Of a DNA stretch of 45,000 nt, positions 1-10,152 are shown piece after piece. Under the pieces are notes generated by a model. That model was not told where the DNA came from. It ran no database searches and saw nothing but the letters and a program-made list of their open reading frames with translations. Position 1 is the stretch's first letter. Every line of letters starts with the position of its first letter. Source of the DNA: Candidatus Bathyarchaeota archaeon (GTDB taxonomy: Archaea > Thermoproteota > Bathyarchaeia > 40CM-2-53-6); NCBI GenBank assembly GCA_963833125.1, contig CAWHWX010000017.1, forward strand, positions 1-45,000, given 5' to 3'. The position numbers and the translations under genes were made by a program.

Positions 1-1207
1 ATACGGTGGTCTTCCACCTGAAGGCACCTGTTCTCAGGATTCCTAAACATGATGACCTTCGGCATTAGATGTATCCAGTGAACCCGAACAAGGTGCCGCA
101 GGGGACATGCAACCCCTGCAACGCTATGACTGGAATAGTCAACTTCACAGCCAACAACGCAGCAGCTAGCAACCCCAACGGCCTCGGCCCCTGCACTCTG
201 ACGACGTGGACCAGATCGGGCACCAAGGACACGGAGATGGTTCTGACTGCCAATCCCAACTATTGGAACTATCCAGCCTACCCGAAGACCCATACGATAA
301 TAATCAGATTCTACCCCGACGCCACCTCGCTGGCAGCCGCCATCAGGTCAGGCGACGTTGACCTTGCCTACAGGCAGTTCACCACGACCGACATCCGGAG
401 CTTGATGACAACCCCCGGGCTTAACGTAAACTTCAGCCCCGGTGCCTTCATCCAGTATCTCGTCATCAACGAGAACAAGGCTCCGTTCAATGACATCAAC
501 GTTAGGCAGGGTATAGCCGCAGCCATCAACAGAACCGACCTTATCGACACCGTCTTCGCTGGCACAGCCACACCTCTCTACTCGCAAATACCTTTTGGCA
601 TGGGGTACCACACAGATGCCTTCGAAACGGCATATGGCGCCGGCCCCAACTACGCTCTCGCTCAGCAGCTTTTGGCGAAGTCGGGCTACAATGCCAACAA
701 CAAGCTAACGGTCGACCTGTGGTACGAGACCACCGGGCACTATCCTCAGAGTTCAGACCAAGCCCTTGTCCTGAAGAAGGACTTAGAGGCGAGCGGTGTG
801 ATTACTGTCACCCTCAACGGGGTTGACTGGCCCACAATGCACTCGAACGTAAGAGCGGGCAGCATGGGCACGTTCATTTACGGCTGGTACCCTGACTTCA
901 TCGACCCCTTCGACTACACCACACCATTCCTATCCTCAACGGGCGCTTCGTGGCTCAATGACGGCTATAACAGTACAGCCATGGATTCCCTGTTGACCCA
1001 GTCACTCTCAGCCACGCCTTCCAACGCGCGTCGATCTACGGCCAAATTCAGACACTGCAGGCTCACGATGTCCCGATGGTTCCATTGTACCAAGGCGGCT
1101 CCAACTGCTGCGGTGCGGTGGCTAAGACTTCGGTGGGCGGCGTCTACTTGGACGTTACCCTGATCTTCAGGCTATCAACAATCTACGAGACAACAGAGAC
1201 AACATAA
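1..1207 (+). CDS. Peptide/nickel ABC transporter substrate-binding protein (family 5), 5'-truncated, frameshift near 1020
   Basis: ORF 69-1163 has family-5 SBP motifs (NPNYW, PFND.NVRQ.IA.AINR, GWYPDFIDP). After a 1-nt slip near 1020 the frame continues IYGQIQTLQAHDVPMVPLYQ to TAA at 1205-1207. Confidence 0.85.
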
Positions 1208-1213
1208 CATAGC

Positions 1214-1253
1214 GGGGAACTCTACTGCAGAGCTTCCCCCTCTCCCTATTTTT
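1214..1253 (+). terminator. Putative hairpin plus pyrimidine/T-run after the SBP gene
   Basis: GGGGAACTCT-ACTGC-AGAGCTTCCCC stem followed by CTCTCCCTATTTTT. Confidence 0.45.
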
Positions 1254-1264
1254 GGGATGAGCAA

Positions 1265-2293
1265 TTGAGCTTAAAGAGTTACATCGTCACGCGTGCCCTC
1301 CTCACAATTCCGACTGTGTTCCTTCTAGTAACGATAGTTTTTCTCATCGTGCGGGTGCTTCCAGGGGATCCGGTTCTCCTCCACTTCGGAAAGCAGGTCA
1401 ATCCCACCGCCTTGGCCGCGGTCAGGCATTCGCTCGGCCTGGACGTCCCCATCTACGTCCAGTACTACAACTACATCATCGGTCTGTTTCATGGGAATTT
1501 GGGCATCGCCTTCTCGAACGAAGAGCCGGTCACCCCGCAGGTCCTCTCGGCTTTCCCGGCCACTCTGGAGCTCTCGATTGGTTCTATGATTGTGGCGGTG
1601 CTGGTGGGCGTGGTCCTGGGCGTCAGGTCTTCGAGGAAATACGGTTCGCTGGAGGACAAGATAATCAGGACCTTCGGCGCTGTCGTCTACTCCATTCCGG
1701 TCTTCTTCCTGGGTCTGATCTTCATCGGCGTGTTCGCGGTTGCTTTTCACATTCTTCCCTCGGGCGGAAGGTATTCCCTTTTAATCCCGATCGGCGGGAC
1801 CGTCTTCGGCGTGCACATCCAGACGGGGCTGTACACCATTGATTCTCTTTTGGCAGGAAACTTGGGCGAGTTCGTCGACGCAGTGCGGCACTTGATACTT
1901 CCGTGCACTGCCCTCGGGCTTTACATCTCTGCCGTCTTCCTGAGGATAACCCGAAGCAACATGCTGGAAGCGCTCGGCCAGGAGTACGTCACCGCAGCCA
2001 GAGCGAGGGGGCTCAAAGAGAGGACCGTCCTCTACAGCTACGGCCTCAGAAATGGCTTGCTTCCTGTGCTGACGATCATGGGCCTTGAGTTCGCCGGCCT
2101 GCTGGGAGGGGCCATATTGACCGAGACGACTTTCGCCTGGAATGGAATAGGGACCTATATAGTCACGGCCATCACTGACCGGGACTACATTGCAATTCAG
2201 GGCGCCGTGGTCTTCTTCGGAATTCTGGTTGCGCTGGTGAGCCTAGTGGTCGACATCCTGTACGCCTATCTCGACCCGAGGATAAGATACTAG
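1265..2293 (+). CDS. dppB: Peptide ABC transporter permease (DppB/OppB)
   Basis: PGDP N-terminal motif, LGLD.P...QY, EAA loop TAARARGL. Confidence 0.92.
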   Translation: MSLKSYIVTRALLTIPTVFLLVTIVFLIVRVLPGDPVLLHFGKQVNPTALAAVRHSLGLDVPIYVQYYNYIIGLFHGNLGIAFSNEEPVTPQVLSAFPATLELSIGSMIVAVLVGVVLGVRSSRKYGSLEDKIIRTFGAVVYSIPVFFLGLIFIGVFAVAFHILPSGGRYSLLIPIGGTVFGVHIQTGLYTIDSLLAGNLGEFVDAVRHLILPCTALGLYISAVFLRITRSNMLEALGQEYVTAARARGLKERTVLYSYGLRNGLLPVLTIMGLEFAGLLGGAILTETTFAWNGIGTYIVTAITDRDYIAIQGAVVFFGILVALVSLVVDILYAYLDPRIRY

Positions 2294-2301
2294 GTGATTT
2301 C

Positions 2302-3180
2302 ATGAAGAAAGAATCGGATTCGCGGATTAGACCTGCAATCAACTTCTTCTTCACGCTGCCCAAATTCGGGACAGGCGGAATGATGGTGGTCATCGGAGCC
2401 GTCATCGTAATCATCTTGATGGCGATGACTATACTCTCCCCATTCATCACACCTCACAGCCCGATTCAACTCTCCGTCGGCCCTGCCGACGCAGCTCCGT
2501 CGCTGAGTTTTCCCATGGGCACCAACCGCCTCGGCCAGGACATTTTCAGCAGGATGATTGCCGGAGGTTCGACCATGATGGAGGTAGCCGGCCTCGCGGT
2601 TGCCATCTGCTTCCTCATAGGCGTTCCCCTCGGCCTGCTCGCAGGCTACTCCAGGAGACTGATTGACGGTCCCCTCTCGCTACTGATGGACTCTCTCTAC
2701 GCCTTTCCGGGCCTCGTCCTGGCAATAGCCATAGCTGCTGTCCTCGGCCGCGGTGTCGTGAATCTCGCGATAGCCATAGCCGTGGTGTACATCCCTACCT
2801 ACTTCAGGGTCGTCAGGAGTCAGGTCTTGACCCTGAAGGAGATGCCGTTCGTGGAGGCGGTCAAGGTGGAGGGCGGCGGAACCCTGAACGTCCTGTTCAG
2901 GCAGATTTTCCCGAACGTGCTCGCTTCCGTGGCTGTGATCGCGTCAATCAATGTCGCTGACGCCGTCATCACCGAGGCGGGTCTCACGTACATCGGCCTC
3001 GGAGTGAACGCGGCACTTCCGGACTGGGGTTTCGACATCTACTACGGATACCAATCCATGCTGGCCGGCGCTTGGTGGACCGTGCTCTTTCCAGGCTTGC
3101 TGGTCGTCCTCCTCGCAGGCGGGTTCACATTCATCGGGGAAGGATTGAGCGAAGTCCTGAACCCGAGGTTGAGGAGGTGA
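2302..3180 (+). CDS. dppC: Peptide ABC transporter permease (DppC/OppC)
   Basis: PMGTNRLGQDIFSR, FVEAVKVEGG (EAA loop), PDWG, ends NPRLRR. Confidence 0.92.
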   Translation: MKKESDSRIRPAINFFFTLPKFGTGGMMVVIGAVIVIILMAMTILSPFITPHSPIQLSVGPADAAPSLSFPMGTNRLGQDIFSRMIAGGSTMMEVAGLAVAICFLIGVPLGLLAGYSRRLIDGPLSLLMDSLYAFPGLVLAIAIAAVLGRGVVNLAIAIAVVYIPTYFRVVRSQVLTLKEMPFVEAVKVEGGGTLNVLFRQIFPNVLASVAVIASINVADAVITEAGLTYIGLGVNAALPDWGFDIYYGYQSMLAGAWWTVLFPGLLVVLLAGGFTFIGEGLSEVLNPRLRR

Positions 3181-3181
3181 G

Positions 3182-4150
3182 ATGACGCTACTCAAAGTCC
3201 AAGGACTGAACGTCAGCTACAAGACCATGAAGGGAGAACTGAAGGCCGTCCAGGGGGTGGACTTCGAGCTCGAGGAGCAGGAGACTTTGGGTATCGTCGG
3301 AGAGTCTGCATGCGGTAAGTCAACCCTCGGCCTTGCGCTCCTGAACCTCGTGCCTCCGCCGGGGAGGGTTACCGACGGCAGGATACTCCTCGAGGGAGAG
3401 GACATACTGTCCCTCGACAACGAGCGGCTGAGGCGGACGAGGGGGAAGGTGGTCTCGATGATCTTCCAGGACCCTATGACTTCTCTGAACCCGGTGAAGA
3501 AGATAGGGGAGCACTTCGTCGAGGCCATTAGGGCGCACAACCCCAGCGCCATGCGAGGCGAGGCCTTGGAGAAGGCCGGGAAGATCTTGGGCGAACTTGG
3601 GATCTCTCCGGACAGGCTGGCCGACTACCCCCACCAGCTTAGCGGAGGCATGAAGCAGAGGATTATGATCGGTCTCAGCCTTATCCTCGATCCCAAGCTC
3701 CTGATTGCCGACGAGCCCACCACCTCCCTGGATGTGGTGATAGAGGCTCAGATTCTCGACCTGCTACGCCAGCTAAAGTCCTCCCTCAAGCTGTCCATGA
3801 TTTTGATCACGCATAATTTGGGGGTTGTCGCAGAAGTGGCAGATAAGATAGCAATAATGTACGGCGGTGAGATCTACGAGCTCGCAGAGACGAAGGCCAT
3901 CTTCAAGAAGCCGCTCTTCCCCTACACGCAGTTGCTCCTGAAGCTGGTTCCGAACATTGCTTCGGAGATCACCTCTTTGGAGTGGATTCCAGGTTCGCCC
4001 CCGGACCTCTCTTATCCAATATCGGGGTGCAAGTTCGCGGCGCGATGCCCCTTCGTCTTCGAGCGATGCAGGAGAGAAAGGCCGACCCTACGAGATATCG
4101 AACCAGGCCACTGGGTGGCCTGCCACCTGTACGACGGCGGTCGAAAATGA
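3182..4150 (+). CDS. dppD: Peptide ABC transporter ATP-binding protein (DppD/OppD)
   Basis: Walker A GESACGKS, LSGGMKQR, ADEPTT, C-terminal Cys oligopeptide domain. Confidence 0.93.
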   Translation: MTLLKVQGLNVSYKTMKGELKAVQGVDFELEEQETLGIVGESACGKSTLGLALLNLVPPPGRVTDGRILLEGEDILSLDNERLRRTRGKVVSMIFQDPMTSLNPVKKIGEHFVEAIRAHNPSAMRGEALEKAGKILGELGISPDRLADYPHQLSGGMKQRIMIGLSLILDPKLLIADEPTTSLDVVIEAQILDLLRQLKSSLKLSMILITHNLGVVAEVADKIAIMYGGEIYELAETKAIFKKPLFPYTQLLLKLVPNIASEITSLEWIPGSPPDLSYPISGCKFAARCPFVFERCRRERPTLRDIEPGHWVACHLYDGGRK

Positions 4151-5134
4151 GCGGCCCTCTGCTTCTCTTCCAGGACGTTAAGATGCACTTCCCCGTAAGG
4201 AGGAGTTTCCTCGAGGGGCTGGTCGGGGCTGAGCCGGAGTACGTCAGGGCAGTGGACGGCGTCTCCCTCGGCATCGAGGAGGGGGAGGTCTTTGTCCTCG
4301 TAGGCGAAAGCGGCAGCGGGAAGACGACTCTCGGCAAGCTCAGCCTTCGGGTATACGTTCCTACGGCAGGGAACATTCTCTTCGACGGCCAGGCCATAAC
4401 TGGGCTGAGCGGTGAAGCGCTCAAGAAGTTCAGGCGGACATCGCAAATGGTCTACCAGGACCCGGTGGCGGCGCTCAATCCTAGGGTCAGAATCGGGGAC
4501 GCCATAGCGGAGCCGTTGAAGTTTCACAGTATCGGAACTGAGGTGGAGCGGAGGGAGAGGGCCTTCAAGATGATGAGCCGCGTGGGTTTCGACCCCCCGG
4601 AGGAGATCTACTCCAGGTTCCCCCATGAGCTGAGTGGAGGCCAGAGACAGAGGGTGGTGATTGCCCGAGCGTTGATCCTTAACCCGAAGTTCGTGGTGGC
4701 TGACGAGCCGGTGGCCATGCTCGACGTCTCCATTAGGGCCCAGATTCTGAAGCTCCTCCTGGATCTCAAGAGGGAGCTGAATCTCACCCTGCTCATCATC
4801 ACTCACGACATCGCAATCGCGAAGTATTTCGCTGACCGCATAGGAATAATGTACCTGGGCAAGATTGTGGAAACGCGCCGACAGGGAACGCATCTTCAGG
4901 AACCCGATGCACCCCTACACCCAAGCGCTCTTCTCCTCCGTCCCAGTCCCTGATCCCGAAGCGGCGAAGACCAGGATGATAATACAGGGGGAGATTCCCA
5001 GCGCCATAAACCCGCCCACCGGTTGCGTCTTCCACCCAAGGTGCCCTCGCGTTTTCGGCAAGTGTTCAGCTGAAGTGCCGCCGCTACTGGAGTATGAACC
5101 AGGACATTATGTTGCCTGCCACCTGTACTCCTAA
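4147..5134 (+). CDS. dppF: Peptide ABC transporter ATP-binding protein (DppF/OppF), frameshift near 4878
   Basis: ATGA overlap with dppD; GESGSGKT, LSGGQRQR. The C-terminus (PMHPYTQALF...GCVFHPRCP...VACHLY) is in ORF 4865-5134. Confidence 0.88.
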
Positions 5135-5220
5135 CGGAATATGTACAGGAAGACATGAGGTGGGGAGTAAGGGTCTATGTCTCCACACATGAAGTGTAAT
5201 CACCGGGCCGGCATGGCGCG

Positions 5221-5823
5221 TCAGACGTGGAATACCGCGGTCAAGATAGCAGTGGTGCCAATAATGAGAAACACGAAGAGTGAGAAGATTCGGATTCTCC
5301 TGGGTGAAAGTATCTTGCTTAACCGATTTCCGATCATCGTTTCTACCGCTGTGGCGGACACGAGAGCGATGACTGCTCCTGTGAAGACTAGGAGCGTATT
5401 TTGAAAGCGGGCTACGAACAGTATCGTCAACACTTCAGTCGCATCACCTGCAAGGTCAAGTAATATGAGCATTGGGACCGCGTTTAGGAAAACAAACCAC
5501 AAACCGGTAGAGGCTCTCAGCGAAAACCTCCTCTCCACTTTCGCGAGTTCCTCTTCCTCTTTGTTCGCTTCAAAAAAACTCCAAACACCGTAGGCAATCA
5601 TCACCACTCCACCCGCCACGCTAATTATAGAAACTGGGACGAAACTGACCAGAAAATAGCCCACCGTAACGATGATCGCACTGGTTATCGCAAAAGCGAC
5701 CGAACCAGCAGCAAATACAATCCACGGCTTCATTCTGGTCGCAAGAGAGAGAAGCAGAAGAGCATCCTTATCCGTTAACTCGGCAACGAAGATCGCCGCT
5801 ATGATCGTAAGAAACGCGTTCAA
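5221..5823 (-). CDS. TMEM165/GDT1 (UPF0016) family Mn2+/Ca2+ transporter
   Basis: Two degenerate E-phi-GD-K-T repeats (AELTDKD; DLAGDAT) and about 6 TM segments. Confidence 0.8.
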   Translation of the reverse strand: MNAFLTIIAAIFVAELTDKDALLLLSLATRMKPWIVFAAGSVAFAITSAIIVTVGYFLVSFVPVSIISVAGGVVMIAYGVWSFFEANKEEEELAKVERRFSLRASTGLWFVFLNAVPMLILLDLAGDATEVLTILFVARFQNTLLVFTGAVIALVSATAVETMIGNRLSKILSPRRIRIFSLFVFLIIGTTAILTAVFHV

Positions 5824-6083
5824 AAGAGCCGATGTCTCGGATATCGGAAATCGTCTTCACCTCTTCTTGGCAAAGCCACGAATTGTCGCAGTCACACCCA
5901 ACGTTACGAACGGAGTTTCAGAACAACCTAACCAACGAGAAATGGATTGCGGTTAGAGGTCCGTTGAGGGTCTGGTCAACTGGTTGATCCCCCTGGCCGT
6001 AGGGTCATTGACTTTATGGGCGACCAAGCTTCAAATTCAATAGTCCAATCTCTCTAAAGACTTAGAGACCTCAAAACGTCAAA

Positions 6084-6326
6084 GTGATTGCGTTGATCGA
6101 TCAAATGCAGCGGAGAGCAGGTCCTGGCCGATGTGAGATGTGTGAGAGAGAACCAGCTACGAGAAAAGCGAAGTTCAAGGCGCAATACCTTCAATCCACA
6201 TCAGCGGCAGTCTTCGATGAAGAAAGTCTAGTGGATGTTGAAATGACGAAGAGGATATGTGAGGGTTGTCTGAAGAAGCTTCAAGATGCCAAGAACGTTA
6301 CAAATCTAACCTTCGAACGGTTGTAG
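6084..6326 (+). CDS. Small putative Zn-binding protein
   Basis: CEMC...CEGC cysteine pairs. Confidence 0.6.
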   Translation: MIALIDQMQRRAGPGRCEMCEREPATRKAKFKAQYLQSTSAAVFDEESLVDVEMTKRICEGCLKKLQDAKNVTNLTFERL

Positions 6327-6456
6327 CAAACGAACTCGGTTACCCCTTCGTCTGGTCACACCGAGAAGATTTGGGTACGACGATGACGTTTGCTTTAATT
6401 GCGGCGGAGCCAATAATCTTCGATGCCTGATTCAGAATAAGAATGGGGGTGAGCTT

Positions 6457-6699
6457 GTGGTTAGACGAACTATCGTTTTCGGTTTCTTATTACTCATCGC
6501 CATAGCAGCTAGTTCAGCTCTTCCGGTTCAAGCTTTCCGTAAGAATCCTCCTCCGTTCCTGTCATGTTTCGCCGCTGTCGGCACGGATCCCCATGGAGTT
6601 GCTTACGTCGCTTACTTCTACCGCAGAGCTGCAGCGATCAGAATGGCTGCCGTTTGGTCTGCGGAGGGTTGGACTGGGATCATGATAGTCGCATGCTGA
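6457..6699 (+). CDS. Small hypothetical secreted/membrane protein
   Basis: GGGGGTGA SD before GTG; signal-peptide-like N-terminus. Confidence 0.5.
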   Translation: MVRRTIVFGFLLLIAIAASSALPVQAFRKNPPPFLSCFAAVGTDPHGVAYVAYFYRRAAAIRMAAVWSAEGWTGIMIVAC

Positions 6700-6787
6700 A
6701 CGATTGCAAATCAGAGTGGGAAGGCTCGTGGAAATTCAGACGGAGTAGTATGTCAATTTTCCGATCCCGTAATCTTTGTCGGCGGAT

Positions 6788-7318
6788 TTATCGCACTCGT
6801 TCTTGGGCTCGTTTCGGCGTGACCTTGATGCCTAAATTCTTAGCAAGCTTCCGGACTTCATCCTCGCTCATCCAATCTACCTTCAAGTACTCGAACAGTT
6901 CTCTGTCCGACATACCTACCCTTCGAGCTTCTTCTACAGCGAGTTTGTACGCCTCAAGTTCGGTAGGTCGGTTGTGGTACTCGTAATTTTCGTCAAAGAG
7001 CGCCTTCCCGTCCCTAAACTGTTTCACATGTACCAGCTCGTGGATAACGTCAAGGTACTTGCTCACCGTTTCCCCTTCCCTTAGATAGTACGCACTCACG
7101 ATCAGATGCCCGTCCTCATCGCTAACACCCATGTAGCCAAATTTAGAACTGAAGAATTCCACCTTCAACTGGCCCAGCACGTTCTCGGTTTCGTTGCCGA
7201 AAATCGATCGAACGGCAGGTAATCTCTCGAAACCCTTGAAGAAATCTGCAAAGTTGTGCATCGCGATTGGTACGGTTCGGGGGATCTCCACTTCTGGAAG
7301 AGTGAACTCTTTCGTCAA
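6788..7318 (-). CDS. Hypothetical protein with HExxH zincin-like motif
   Basis: IHELVHVKQ...PTELEAY. Confidence 0.7.
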   Translation of the reverse strand: MTKEFTLPEVEIPRTVPIAMHNFADFFKGFERLPAVRSIFGNETENVLGQLKVEFFSSKFGYMGVSDEDGHLIVSAYYLREGETVSKYLDVIHELVHVKQFRDGKALFDENYEYHNRPTELEAYKLAVEEARRVGMSDRELFEYLKVDWMSEDEVRKLAKNLGIKVTPKRAQERVR

Positions 7319-7403
7319 TTGTCTCAGGCATCCTGATTTTCGAACTGGTATCGTAAGATGGATTTATTCTAACCTATGCAGACATGACGCTTAATGCTCA
7401 GAA

Positions 7404-7814
7404 TTATTCTGGCTCTGGATCACGTCGAACAATTTCCGATAGGCGGACCCTCTTTTTCTGTAGCAAGTTTACTCTTTTGCGGATGAGCCCATAGACAACG
7501 ATAACCGCCGCCATTAGAACCGTTAAGGCCACCATTACACTTACCAGAGGAACGTTGATGCAGTTTCCAATCGCGCCATCGGGCGGGAGGATCACGCATG
7601 CTTTTCCTTGGAACCAAAACACCTGAACATCGACCGTGTCTACATAGAACGCTTGTTGCGCGTCCGCTAGTGCAGCCGTCTCGGATGAAATCTCTATCCC
7701 AATAAGAAATATCCCAACAAACAAAATGCCTGCCACGTAAGGAAGAACCCTAAGAAGCGTTTTTGCCCGCACCATATTTTTGAGCACTAGCCCAATGATC
7801 GTTGCCGTCCGCAC
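7404..7814 (-). CDS. Hypothetical membrane protein
   Basis: Two hydrophobic segments and a basic tail. Confidence 0.55.
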   Translation of the reverse strand: MRTATIIGLVLKNMVRAKTLLRVLPYVAGILFVGIFLIGIEISSETAALADAQQAFYVDTVDVQVFWFQGKACVILPPDGAIGNCINVPLVSVMVALTVLMAAVIVVYGLIRKRVNLLQKKRVRLSEIVRRDPEPE

Positions 7815-7869
7815 TTAAGCGAAGAGGGACCGAAGGGTTAAACGTTCGCGGTTGGGGTTACGGCCGTGT

Positions 7870-7988
7870 GGGCCGGTAGTTCAGCCTGGTATACCTAAAT
7901 CAACGAAGGGCCGAAGAACGTCCGGTTTGCAAGTCAACTAAATCGAAAGTCCGGAAGGTCGCGGGTCCAAATCCCGCCCGGTCCACCA
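7870..7988 (+). tRNA. tRNA-Ala(TGC) with two BHB introns (21/22: 7893-7915; 37/38: 7932-7949)
   Basis: Acceptor stem GGGCCGG/CCGGTCC with G3:U70, anticodon TGC at 7928-7930, encoded CCA. BHB helices are TGGT/GCCG and TTTG/CGAA. Confidence 0.93.
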
Positions 7989-8116
7989 ACCTCGTTCGTC
8001 GTTCGTATCCCGGTTATCACCAGCGGTCATCGTTCACTGGTCATCGTTTGAATAGTGGAAATTAAGAAAGAGGGTGGGTGAGGGTTCAGCTTTTGGTGGT
8101 CTACTGGGCTATTGGT

Positions 8117-8230
8117 TTAGTAGTAATAGCCGTAGGCGTATGGCCAAGGCCAGGCGTACGTGTACGGGTAGGGGTAGTATGGGTAGGCCATTGCTGGGTA
8201 CTCAACCACAGGAACCTTGATGGTTCTCAT
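8117..8230 (-). CDS. 37-aa Tyr/Pro-rich peptide MRTIKVPVVEYPAMAYPYYPYPYTYAWPWPYAYGYYY
   Basis: Read by hand (not in the ORF track). SD GAGGTGA lies 10 nt before ATG, composition is strongly biased, and a pyrimidine-rich tract follows. Confidence 0.65.
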   Translation of the reverse strand: MRTIKVPVVEYPAMAYPYYPYPYTYAWPWPYAYGYYY

Positions 8231-8418
8231 GGATCCAACTTCACCTCACACCCCAAACCAACCCATCCCCCCACTATAGACATAAGTGGAAAAACTCCAC
8301 AAATCCGCGAATTTTAGAATCAAGATACCGCCCAATCTGATTGGGGTATCTTCTGGGAACGAGTCTGGTCAACATATTATAGCTTCGAGCAAATCTCATA
8401 GCAGGAGGAAATGTCTCC

Positions 8419-8934
8419 ATGTTCGCAAAAGCTACCGGTGCAGATCGACTAAAGCAGACAGGAACGGGTTGGGGGCTTGATCGAAAAACCTCTGGCGTTT
8501 ATCTGACTTCCCTCCGCGTTCTGATGGGAATTTTATACTTAGAAACGGTCAGCGAAAATATTACCAAAGGTCTCTATGGACGGGGGTTTGTAGACTACGT
8601 CTCAGCAAATTTGAATGGCAACCCATTACCATGGTTCGTTGACTTCGCGCAGAAGATGCTTCTTCCAAACTGGGAGACAGTCACAAAACTACAATTCATA
8701 GCCGAGCTGCTCGTCGGCCTCTCCCTGCTTCTGGGACTGTGCACGGTTCTCGGCGGATTAGTAGGTGTCTTTCTCCAAGTTAACATATTCCTTCTCACCT
8801 TTGGTAAGGAGTGGCCGTGGACTTACATCATCATGATCGTCGTCCTTGCTCTAGTGGCTCTGAGCAGGAGCGGTCGATCTCTGGGGCTGGACGCATTTCT
8901 CGCCAAGAAATTCAATAAGAGTCTCGTATGGTAG
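8419..8934 (+). CDS. DoxX / TQO small-subunit (DoxD)-like membrane protein
   Basis: LR..MG..Y...K, ELLVGLSLLLG, EWPWTY, GRSLGLD; SD AGGAGG. Confidence 0.8.
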   Translation: MFAKATGADRLKQTGTGWGLDRKTSGVYLTSLRVLMGILYLETVSENITKGLYGRGFVDYVSANLNGNPLPWFVDFAQKMLLPNWETVTKLQFIAELLVGLSLLLGLCTVLGGLVGVFLQVNIFLLTFGKEWPWTYIIMIVVLALVALSRSGRSLGLDAFLAKKFNKSLVW

Positions 8935-9102
8935 GCGACTCGCGTCAACCCAGTTACTCTCGATTTGTACGGCACTTGTTGATAGTCGATGAGAAATCCG
9001 GTCTCCGCTAGATTTGCAGCCTGACCTAATCGTGATGTGAGCGGTCAAGATATCAGAGAGAAAAGCGCAGTTCTTAGAGCCCGCAGGATTCCGCTGGCTG
9101 GG

Positions 9103-10134
9103 CTATGCACAGTTGAAAATTTGTGCGAGGCGGTTCCGTAATGCCCCATCTTCTGCCAGCATATGACGTGCCTGGTCGAGCGCGGCCGATAGGGGAGATA
9201 TTTGTTTTGAAATCAAAAAGTCGTCGTCTGTTGCTCCGACTGGGTGCCAATAGACCCCTTGGCTAGTCACCGTGAGCTCCGGGATTAGTTCTGGGCGAGC
9301 CATTGCGAGTCCCGTCTTAGCGTTTCCCCGTAGCGCGATCTGCCTCAATACTCTGTCCTCCGGTGGAATACCTTGGTTCTCCAAGAATTCGTTCATCGTG
9401 GATAGTTGCTGCTGCGTTGATGCGCTTGCCGCAACTCGGACGCGGAATCCGAGTTTCCTCGCTGTAACGATTCCAGCCCGAGCCTTTGCCCAACTCCCTA
9501 GGCCACGATGGAGGTCGTGCACTTCGGGGGTGGGGCTGTCGAGGCTTATCTGTAGCGTGACGCCGTCGCGAGGGAGGGTTTCCAACGCTCTCAAGCGCGG
9601 GCCTACGAACAGCATTCCATTGGTGAGAACAGTGGTGGGAAGGAAGCTCGAGCTTGCGTTTATGATTTGGGTGATATTTGGAAGAATGAATGGCTCTCCA
9701 CCGGTCATGAACACGTGCTTGAACTCAAGCTCGACCGCTTCTGAAATGAGGCGAGTGATTTCATCGATCCCAAGAGCGCACCTGGGGGTGAGGGGGCTTG
9801 AACGGACGCAGCAATAGTCACATGAGAGGTTGCAGTCGAAGTTGGTGTAAATCCACAAACGCTCCCCCAACACATGAGTATCCTCGTACCGCGGGGGGTA
9901 TCCTTTCCGAATTACATACCTACTCGTCCCTTCTGGGATTTTCGTGATCTCGACAATCGAATGACCAGTAAGTTTTGACCACTGCTCCAACTCCGCTTTG
10001 AGACTGGGGGAGTCACTCGTCAGTGCGAGGAGCTCGCCGTCACGCATTTCGCGCAACGCTTTCGTAATCTGAATTAGCAATCCATCCCCTAGGCTTCGGT
10101 TGAATCCGACGAGTTCAACTTTCGCGGTTAACAT
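9103..10134 (-). CDS. TusA/SirA-like domain fused to radical SAM protein (Rv1681/MoeX-like)
   Basis: CNLSCDYC, TGGEP, TNG. The N-terminal ~80 aa are TusA-like (GELLAL.SD.P....L..W...TGH...YVIRKG). Ends FNCA. Confidence 0.85.
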   Translation of the reverse strand: MLTAKVELVGFNRSLGDGLLIQITKALREMRDGELLALTSDSPSLKAELEQWSKLTGHSIVEITKIPEGTSRYVIRKGYPPRYEDTHVLGERLWIYTNFDCNLSCDYCCVRSSPLTPRCALGIDEITRLISEAVELEFKHVFMTGGEPFILPNITQIINASSSFLPTTVLTNGMLFVGPRLRALETLPRDGVTLQISLDSPTPEVHDLHRGLGSWAKARAGIVTARKLGFRVRVAASASTQQQLSTMNEFLENQGIPPEDRVLRQIALRGNAKTGLAMARPELIPELTVTSQGVYWHPVGATDDDFLISKQISPLSAALDQARHMLAEDGALRNRLAQIFNCA

Positions 10135-10152
10135 GGTTCTATGTACCAGACT

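Noticed and set aside
5161-5190. yybP-ykoY Mn riboswitch (GGGGAGTA) near the GDT1 gene
   Set aside because: It lies at the gene's 3' end on the opposite strand, and the rest of the motif is not seen.
8078-8317. Plus-strand 79-aa Val/Gly-rich ORF
   Set aside because: It is the antisense shadow of the Tyr/Pro peptide, which has the SD.
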